Source: Salpingoeca rosetta (lineage: Eukaryota > Protista > Choanoflagellata). From it: 64,000 bases of DNA. Numbering within the stretch: the first letter of the stretch is position 1; each line of letters begins with the position of its first letter. The notes under the pieces are model-generated. The model made no database searches. It saw only the letters and a list, made by a program, of their open reading frames with translations, and was not told the DNA's origin. The stretch spans positions 1,212,329-1,276,328 of the forward strand of contig JAWQFM010000005.1 of NCBI GenBank assembly GCA_033442325.1, in the 5' to 3' direction. Made by a program: the position numbers and the translations under genes. This document shows, one piece after another, positions 54,540 to 64,000 of the stretch.

Positions 54540-54941
54540 CACACACACACACACATATCACACACATCACAAGCATACATGTGCGTGAGAGGGAGAAGGA
54601 TGTATGGTGGCAACAAACCACAAAACGAAGCGAAACAAGAGGAGGCAGATGTGTCAAGTGGCTCAATGGTGGTTGGTGCCTACCTCTGCGACGCGCTGCA
54701 TGAACTGCATGTCCTCACTGCAAATGATGGGCGCACCGCAAGCACAGCAAACAGGTGAGATTGGAGGGGTGGTTATCGCGTGATTGCACACCCAAGGGCC
54801 AGAAATTGTGTCACGATTCGCATGACAACAAGCCAGCAGCAACCGTCAAAGAAACGGTGGGCACAGACATGCAATGGTCCCCGTGACAAGGGCGGGCGCC
54901 CGCGTGGTACCATCTTCTTACCCGGCCACTTGTTGTGTCAT
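50256..54941 (-). CDS. FAM134/RETREG- or ARL6IP1-like reticulon-homology protein with a ~700-aa disordered Thr/Ala/Ser/Lys-rich tail
   Basis: Small exons give LRRPVLSVVYVSAWYSVWALF..(hairpin 1)..LRSVQELASLLAHAQQW..RNRLGTFTFVVVMSSLFLAWAFSLF..LVSTVVWAP (hairpin 2), then large exon 52571-50597 and last exon ~50418-50256. Start codon uncertain. Confidence 0.65.
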
Positions 54942-56095
54942 GGTGAGAGGCTGAGACTTGGCGGATCTTGGAACGAGAGAGTTGACGAGAGTTGAAGAGG
55001 GGGAAAGAGGCGAAGCCGCAATCAATCAATCAATCAATCGATCCAGACTGGGGTGGATGCCTGTGGCAAGGTCGACAAACGCGCCACCGAGATCGAGAGA
55101 TGGATGTGCGAGTTTGGTGGGTGTGTGCGCGTGAGAGAGTGAGAGAGAAAGAACAAGAGATGTGCGTGAAGGAGAGGGAAGGGAAGGGTGATGAGAGAAG
55201 GGCGGATGCAAATGAAGCGGTCGAAGGAGGATATGGGCAAAGATGGTGTGCTGTGATGTGACATGGAAACCCCCACGGCAAGAAAAGACAAGAATGTGTC
55301 GGCGTGGAGGAGAAATACAAACAACGAGAGGCCCATTCGTTGCCTCCAAACCAGCCACACCGCACTCCACGGAAGCAGAAACACAAACAAACAAACCAAC
55401 CAACCAAGCACAACCGCACGAGCAGCTGAACAACCGAACAACCAAAACACCAAGCACCCCGTTCCAGCTCAGCATGATCGACCCAATTGACGGGGTGTGT
55501 GGGGGGGGGAGGCGGGTGGCGGGCGGTAGGGATCCAGGTGGGGTGTTTGGGGTTGGATCCGTCACCACCGTCACCACCGACGCCACCCACCACCACCGAC
55601 ATCAACAACAACAAACACCAACACCAACAACCGAACGCCAGATAGGTTGCATGACACGACATGACATGGCATCAATCTGGTCGACAGCGACCAAACCAAG
55701 CACACCAAACCCACCTGATGGATGTTGGGGAGCGGCAATGGATGGATGAATGGCGAAAAGGATGCATCCAACAAACGAGCCACAGATCCGAGACTGTGGT
55801 GTCGCGCTGCTTGCTGGCTTGCTTGCTGGCTGGGTGGTGGTGATGCTTTCCAACGTGGACAATCACCGCGATGGGTGAAGGCGATGACGCAGCAAAAAGC
55901 AAAGAAGTTGTTGTCGGGTGGTTTGCTTGCTTGCTTGTTGACATCAACAAAAACTGTCGTGTCCCCACCCCAACAACAAACAAACAAACAAACGTGGGTG
56001 CTGCTCGCTGTCGTCTGCTTCTTTGCTTGCTTGGTGCGTGTGTGCTTCTTGGTGGACGCAGGTGCAACCGTTTCGTGGTCTTTGACCTTTTTTGG

Positions 56096-56166
<71 letters not shown>

Positions 56167-56272
56167 CGAAAATTTCGTTGCTGCTGACTCATCAATTACA
56201 CATACATATTGTCAAGAATACAACCCTAACTTCAGGGTGAGCAAGAGCCAAACAAGACGCAAAAGAAGCGAG

Positions 56273-56790
56273 ATGCTGCAGGAGACAGATCAGGAGGTTT
56301 GTTTGGTTTGGAGGAGGAGGGCAGTGCTGCACTGCTGTGTATGTGTGTATGTGTGTGTATGTGTGTGTATGTGTGTATGTGTGTATGTGTATGTGTGTGT
56401 GTGTGTGCGTGTGGTGTGTATGTGTGTGTGTGTGTGTGTGCGTGTGGTGTGTGCAGTGTATGTGTGTGTGTGTGTGTGCAGTGTATGTTTCTCTCTTCTT
56501 CTCTCCTTTTCTCCTTTTCTCCTTCTCTCCTTCTCTCCTTCTCTCCCCTGCCCCAGCCATCTCCTTCGTACCCAACCTCCCCTCACTGCACAATCCCCGT
56601 CCCTGGACGCCACAGGATAGCAGCCATGTTGCTGCGCCACAGGGCGACGATGTGCTCAACGTCAAGATCGCAGATGCACTCAACGAGCAGAACAAAGTCA
56701 AGTTCTACGTCCACACAACGGTGCGTGAATGTGTGTGTGTGTGTGTGTGTGTGTCTGTGTGTGTCTGTGTCTGTGTGTGCGTGCGTGTGT

Positions 56791-56846
<56 letters not shown>

Positions 56847-59800
56847 TCTGTCTGTGCACTCTTTGGTGTGCGATGCAATTTGCACCAACACCAACAACAC
56901 AGCACCGTTGTGGAACATTGCAGAGCTCACCATGGATACTGATCCTGTCATGCACTGTGCTTGCATTTCTGGTTGCCTCCTGTTCCTGCCGGCTAGACGA
57001 CCCTGCCGCGGTTCCAGAAGAAGGACATCCAAGTCGTTCGCGAACACGCCGAGTTTGTGTGGCTGCACGATCGCTTTGTCGAGTCTCCAACCTACGCTGG
57101 GCTGCTGGTGTGTTTCCGCTCGCGGTGTGTGTGTGTGTGTGTAATCTGTGGTCTGTGTCTGTGTCTGTGTCTGTGTCTCTACGTGTCTGTGTCTCTATGT
57201 GTCTGTGTCTCTATGTGTCTGTGTCTGTGTCTGTGTGTGATTCATGTGGCAAGAGTATTGAAGCCCTCACTCGAAACACGTGCATTGGCTTTGCAGATTC
57301 CACCGTGTCCTCCAAAGCCAGACTTCCAGCAGTCGCAGCAGAAGCTGGCCAAGCTGCAGGCGCACGACTCAAACATGACGCCCGAAGAAGTCGAGAAGCT
57401 CAAGCAGGAGATCCAGAGGTGTGTGCGCGTGTACGTGTGTGTGCATGTGCTTGTGTGCACTAGTGTGCGTGTGCGTGTGCTTGTGTGCACCAGTGTGCGT
57501 GAAGTGAATCTGTTTGAGCATGCACCGTATGGCGCATGTTGCGTTGGTTCTCACCTGCACACACTGGCTTTTTCACGTTGCCTACCCTCAAATTCCCTGG
57601 CTCACCATGCAAACGCCACGCCGCTCCCCATGTACACTTTTTGCGTTGCATGGCAGCGAGTATCTGGCGGCCTTCCAGAAGACGGTGGCCATGCACGAGG
57701 TGTTTCTCAAGCGCCTCGTATCCCACCCCAAGTTCAGGGACGACCACACCCTCCAAGTCTTCCTCGAGTACGAGCAGGACGTGAGTCGAAACAGCCGCTC
57801 TACGTGTGTATATGTGTGTATGTGTGTGTGTGTGTATGTGTGTATGTGCGTGCAACAGTGTGTGTGCGTGTGCGTATGTGTGCAACAGTGTGTGTGTGTG
57901 TATGTGTGTACGTGTGTGTAAGTGTTGTGGACAGGCTGTACACTTGGTCCGTGGTTATTGCTGGCTGTATGTGGTGGTGGCAATGACATGTCACACATAC
58001 GCACCACACTACAACGCTGCCAGCTGGACTGCAAGCTCAAGTCGACGCGCGAGAAAGCGCTTGATTTCCTGCGCAGCAAAGCAAAGACATTTGACTCGTC
58101 CTTTTCCTCCTTCAAGGTTTGTGGCCCTTGCAGTCACACGCACACAAGGATGCGCACACGTGGCACACACACACACACACACACATGCACGCATATACAC
58201 ATGGCGCACGCACACACACACACGCATGTACACATGGCGCACACACACACACACATGGTACACGCCAGACACAGTCGCTGATTTTCACACATTGCGCTGC
58301 TGGCTGTTTGGTGGCAGGATGCCGACGAGTTTTTTGACGATCAGCGCTCCTTCATCACCCGCTATCTTCTCGCGTGAGTCCACACGCTGCACATACACAC
58401 ACGCTGCACATACACACACACTCGCTCACACTCACTCTCACTCACACACACACATTCACACACACGCATACACCTGTTGTGTATTGCGCTCACGCGTGCG
58501 CTTGGTGTTTCGCTGGTGATGCTTCCAGGATAAAGGAGGCTCGCAGCAAGGCTGCGCAGAAGGTAACGCTGTCGACCCACACCCATGTTGTTGCTGTCGC
58601 TCCTGCTAAGATATGCAGCAGCGCAACGTGTCGCTTGTCCAATACACACACGCGCGCGCACACGCGCGCACACACGCACGCACACACACACACGCACACG
58701 CACACGTCAACACAGCACACTCTATGCCTCGCCTCCTCGACCCCTCTCACACAACTCCCAACACCACCACCGCCACTGCCACGTGCCCACCCCTGAAAAC
58801 ACGTGCACTAGACGGAGAAGAGGATGCAGCTCTCTGTGTCGTTCAACCGCGCAGGCACAGAGCTTGTGCACTACGGAAACCTCTACGACACAGACCACCC
58901 CGTTGGCGAACGTGCGTGCACATGGCGTGGAACTGATAGTGCATGATGTGTGATGGTGCATGCCAGTGTGATCGTGGGTGTGGTCGATTGGTGCTATGGT
59001 GCTATGTGTGTGGTGAGTGGTTGTTGTTACTAACTTCCGCCACTTGAACGGATGAACACGTGTTTACGTTGTCTGCTGCACGTGTGTGTGTGTGTGTTTG
59101 TGTGCGAGCAGTGATTCGCCTTGTGGGCAACGTGCTGCGCAAGTGCCAGACGATTGAGAAGCGCCTCGCCACCAAGGAGGACCTCAAACTCACTGTACGT
59201 CGCGTCGCGCCCAAACTCGCCATGTGCTTGATTTGCTTCGCATGTGCTTGCTTCGCATGTGCTTGCTTTGCGCGTGTGCATGCGTGAGTGGCCAACTCAC
59301 TGTGCGTGTGCATGCTTTGTCAGGATTTGCTGCGCTACTACGAAGCGGACGCCAACGCCGCCAAGGACCTCATGGTCCGGCGTATCAAGGTGTGCAAGCA
59401 ACCCGCAGAGGGAAAGCCGAGGGTGTTGGGTTGTGTTCCAAGTGGGCAGATGAGGTTGCAGGCGATCAAGAAGAGGGTGTAAGCGAGTGAGCGAGGGAGA
59501 TGGTGATACAGCCACAGGGAGTGTGCGTGAGAATATACTCGCACAGATACACTTGTAGATGCAGGCGGACACACCACATCAAGTCCGTCAGCACACGCCA
59601 TCGACTCATGACCCGTGTGCATGTGCGTGTGCAGTGTCTGCAAGACAAGGAGCGTGCGGACAAGGCGCTTGTCAAGGCGCAGCAGACACAGAAGAAGGTG
59701 GACGAGTGTCAGCAGGCGGCAACAGAGGCCGAGGAGCGCTCCATCAGCATCACAGACACCGCCCGTGACGGTATGTACACCCTGCTGCTGCTGCTGCTGC

Positions 59801-60089
59801 TGCTGCGTGGGCATGACTTGCTCCACCTCCTTGTTTGTTTCTGACTCTTATTGGGATGCAGTGTTGCGTGTTGCTCACCGACCACCGCGACCACCACCTC
59901 ACCATCACCATCACCACCGCCATCGCCATCATGGCTACGATCGCCACCAACTCAGAGCTGGGTGCGTTCCAGCGCCGGCGGGTGGCCGCGTTCCGCAAGG
60001 GCATCATGCAGTACACCCAATATCAGATCCGCCAGGCACGCGAGAAGCAGCATGTCTGGCGCCAAGTCATTGACGCGTTAGAACAGTGA
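56273..60089 (+). CDS. SNX6: SNX5/6/32-type SNX-BAR sorting nexin
   Basis: PX domain [38 protein letters not shown] with the helical hairpin [18 protein letters not shown], then [20 protein letters not shown] domain [31 protein letters not shown]. Confidence 0.93.
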
Positions 60090-60322
60090 CCATACACACA
60101 CGCACACGCGCGCGCGCACACATGCTTGACTGTTGTTATGCGCTCTCCCTCCCCCTCCTGTCTTCCACCTATCCTCCCGACCACTCCGTTCGTTCCCCGC
60201 ACACATGTCTTGCCTTGCCTTGCTTGTGTTCACACGTGACGACATGACACACGATTGAACTGTTTGCGTTTCCATTGTCAGTCCTCCCAAGCACGAAAAC
60301 AACAAAGCAGTCCAGTGCCGAT

Positions 60323-61728
60323 ATGAGGGTGTGTGTGGTGGGTGGTGGGTCGTATGTTGGGCGGCAGACTGTGAAGCTGCTGAGCCCCATTGTAGAGCAT
60401 GTGAGGGCACTCGATGTGGCCTTTCGTGTCAACCACCAGTATGGTGAGTGACGCGTGCGGGCCGCTGTGCCGTGTGCTGATGCTGCGATGCTGCGTTGGG
60501 CGTGCACTGCCAAGGCTGATGCATACACACACACACACACACTCACTCACACTCACACGCACTCACACTCACACACACACTCACACACACACGCACTCAC
60601 ACACACACACTCTCTCTCACTCACACACGCACTCACACACACACACACACACACTCACACACACACGCACTCACACACACACACACATCACGCTGTGCTG
60701 TCACTGTGGTTGCAGGGAACGAGGAGCGGGTCATCGTCGACATCACAGAGTACCGTCGCGTACGTGATGCGCTCAAGGTACGAGCTCAAGTGCAAGCGTG
60801 TGTATGTAGGTTCAGCGGGGATGGCTGACGTGTGGGCACATTCATCTCACCGTGCACACTGCTTCACCCCGCTGCACATGGCAGGATGCCGACGTGTGTG
60901 TGCACGTGGCCTCATACGGCATGTCTGGTGCGGAGCAGCTGAACAAGGCCCGAGTGCACGCCGTCAACGTCAATGGCACCAGCAACGTACGTAGGCAAGG
61001 AACAGTTGGATGCGTGCTGGTGCTCCGGTAGCGCTTCAATGTCGCGTGTGCAGAGGACACGCACACGGACATGGGCATGGGCATGAACATGGACACCTCT
61101 CTCTTTGTATCTTAAGCGGTGGTACACTCATTCATTGTTCTCGCCAACACGTACGCACACATCAGGTGATCAAAGCGTGCCGCGAGTGCAACGTGCGCGC
61201 TCTTGTGTACATCTCCACGTACAACGTCGTCTTCAACGGAACGGTGCGTGCTTGTGTATGTTGCGTATGGTGTGCGTTGTGTGTGTGTGTTGTGTATGTG
61301 CGTGTGTGTGTGAATGAACAGGGTGTCCTCCATGCTCTTGTCGCTGCATGCTTCTCAAATGCTCACATCCCTGTGGACATCCCGCTTCCCCCCGTACACA
61401 CCACAGCCCTTTGAAGAAGGCGACGAAGAAGCTCTTGACTACATCCCAGATGACCAGCACACCGACGAATACAGCCGGTAAGCTGTGCAGCACACAAACA
61501 TCATACACACACGCATGCGTGGCCTGTTGCTCACCCCCCCCCCCTTCCACCTCCCAAACCATGCCTGCCCCGTCGTCGTCACCAGGACAAAAGGGCAGGC
61601 AGAGCGACTGGTGCTTGCTGCCAACTGCGACACGCTGCGCACGTGCGCCCTCCGCCCCGCCGCCATCTACGGCGACGGCGAGTACCGCCACCTCCCGCGC
61701 ATCATCCGCCTCGTCAACAAAGGTGCCG

Positions 61729-61777
<49 letters not shown>

Positions 61778-61839
61778 TGTGTCTGTGTCTGTGTCTGTGT
61801 CTGTGTCTGTGTCTGTGTCTGTGTCTGTCTGTATGTGTG

Positions 61840-61872
<33 letters not shown>

Positions 61873-62738
61873 CTGTGTCTGTGTGTGTGTCTGTGTGTCT
61901 GTGTGTGTGTCTGTGTGTGTTTGTGTGTGTGTGTGTTTGTGTGTTGTGTGTCTGTGTCTGTTCACTTGTCTATGTGCATCCGTGCTGGCCTGCTTCCCTT
62001 CCCCCCTTACCACAACTTGTCCATTCCAACAACCTTTTCGTTGCCCCTCCGCCCCACCTCTCAATGCATGGAGTGCAGGCCTTGGGTTCATGGCGATTGG
62101 GCGGCGGGATGTGCTGTGTGACTGGGTCTACGGCGAAAACCTCGCCCACGCCATCGCCCTCGCAGTGCAGCGGCTCACAGCCGACGACAGCGCTCCTACT
62201 GGTCGGTGGTGTGTGTGCGTGTTGTTGTGGATGTTTTCGTGGACCCACGCGACTCACTTGTATTCACGAATACATTCACACACATGTACATACATGCACA
62301 CACGCAGTGTCTGGGCGAGCGCTGTTCATATCAGACCAGCAGCCGGTGAACAACTTCACGTTCCTGGCCACCATCCTCGGTGACACCTCCCTGTTCAGCG
62401 TGTACGTCCCAACACCAGCCATGCTGGCGCTGGCGCACGTGATTGAGCGCGCACACGCCATCATCGCCCCCATCGTTCCGTTCGAGCCGTTCTTGACGGT
62501 GGCGGAGGTGTGCAAGGTCGGCGTCACTCATTATGCCAGCCCGCGCCTTGCACGGCATGCCCTCGGCTACACCCCACGCGTCACACAGGACGAGGCAATA
62601 CAGCGCACACGCGCGTGGTGTGAGCAGCAGGTTGCGCCTGCGTGGCAGCGCTCTCTTGTGCTTCGCGGCACCATCGCTGCTGCGGTCGGTTACATCGCCT
62701 TCGCTCTTGCCCGCAGGTCGTGGCGAGCCTGCTTATAG
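60323..62738 (+). CDS. SDR42E1: SDR42E1-like extended short-chain dehydrogenase (3-beta-HSD family)
   Basis: Rossmann motif VVGGGSYVG; HVASYGMSGAEQL; STYNVVF; catalytic YSRTK; LRPAAIYGDGEYRHLPRI; EVCKVGVTHY; C-terminal hydrophobic anchor. Confidence 0.92.
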
Positions 62739-62742
62739 CAGC

Positions 62743-62801
<59 letters not shown>

Positions 62802-63032
62802 TGTCGATACGCTGTCTTGTATTGTTGCACGCGCTACTCCCCCCCCCCCCTCTCATGCACTCCCATCGTTACAACAATGCCCTTTTTGACACAAGTAGAC
62901 ATGTTAACTACTGAAGATGAAAAGAAGGTTTGTTTAACGGGTGGAGGGCTTGGGTGGCTGTTGTGGAGAGGTAATGTGACACGTGACGCATTATCAGTGC
63001 ATTGCGATCAGCTTGCACACATTCTTATGACG

Positions 63033-63084
<52 letters not shown>

Positions 63085-63180
63085 ACGCACAGCTTGCGCA
63101 GTCGTCACACATGCAGGCATGTGCCGACACGTGAGCGGTGCGTATGTGTGTGCGCATGCGAACGGTGGCTGTGCCCGTCT

Positions 63181-63389
63181 TCACTTGGCGACGGTGTCGT
63201 TTGCGAGCGCAGGAAGAATCTCGCAGTAGATGTCGATGCCACGGAGATAGATGTCCTCATGCAGGAACTCGTTGTGGTCGTGCAGCAGCACGGGTGTGTT
63301 GTTCATTGGCGAGAATCCAATGGCAGGGACGCCCGTCGCCCGGATGTAGCGGCTGGTTTGGTCGTTGTGCGGAGGCAGGTGTTTTAAGA

Positions 63390-63479
<90 letters not shown>

Positions 63480-64000
63480 GCATAAATGAGTGTTGTATAG
63501 ATATCGCGAAATATAGACACACACTCGCTCACCACACCCAAACACGTTCTTTTTGTAGAACAGAGAAAAGAGTGTGTGCACGCGAGAGTGTGTGANNNNN
63601 NNNNNNNNNNNNNNNNNNNNNNNNNNNNNNNNNNNNNNNNNNNNNNNNNNNNNNNNNNNNNNNNNNNNNNNNNNNNNNNNNNNNNNNNNNNNNNNTTCTT
63701 GCAGGCGTTGGTGAAGGCTGTCCAGTAGATGTTCTTGTCCGACGTGTCTGTGACGGGGTTGATGTAGCGAACCTGCACAAACTTGTACGTCACGCCCTGC
63801 ACGCAACCCCAAATGTTACGTGATTTGATGTAACATCAATGTATCTGCGTCAGAACGGCGTCGCAAAGAACATAGAGTTTGCCACGTGACAATAACGAGA
63901 TGCAACCAGGGTGGCAGGCAGAGAATGGCATGGTGAACGTGAGTTCAACTTTACTCGCACATCCCAAATCATCCAAGCCGCGGCTGTGCTCACCTCCTCC
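63181..64000 (-). CDS. ACY1: Aminoacylase-1 (M20 family), 3' part
   Basis: [27 protein letters not shown] and [38 protein letters not shown]. 5' part lies outside the window. Confidence 0.93.
63596..63695. other. Assembly gap (100 N) truncating an ACY1 exon
   Basis: N run. The conserved ..PAATD segment expected before SRY is not visible. Confidence 1.

Noticed and set aside
55440-55662. Possible upstream coding exon of the RETREG-like gene
   Set aside because: The obvious splice to the next acceptor creates a stop or a closed frame; more likely 5'UTR, but unresolved.

Overview
Intron-rich, microsatellite-dense eukaryotic genomic DNA. Gene content (SH2 receptor, SNX5/6, striatin, flagellar DRC7) and (GT)n/(CA)n-packed introns suggest a choanoflagellate such as Salpingoeca rosetta; this is inference. 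Most ORF-track entries are microsatellite or antisense artefacts. Splicing GT-AG exons by hand gives 15 genes: MRPL47 (partial), MPST, DRC7, an unknown coiled-coil membrane protein, an LRR-TM-SAM-SH2 receptor, IQANK1, SLX1, striatin, MRPL52, FAM241-like, a secreted Cys-repeat protein, a FAM134/RETREG-like reticulon-domain protein, SNX5/6, SDR42E1 and ACY1 (partial). Four observations stand out. (1) A kinase-less single-pass receptor joins a plant-type LRR ectodomain to an SLP-76-like SAM/Pro-rich/SH2 cytoplasmic module with ITIM/ITAM-like tyrosine motifs. (2) A spaced palindrome, GAAA-N13-TTTC, recurs at putative promoters, mostly bidirectional ones. (3) The reticulon-domain protein has a long FG-containing tail. 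(4) Many introns show strand-polarised GU/CA repeats and lack polypyrimidine tracts. No RNA genes, CRISPR arrays or transposons were recognised. All family assignments are from recalled sequence similarity, not database searches.
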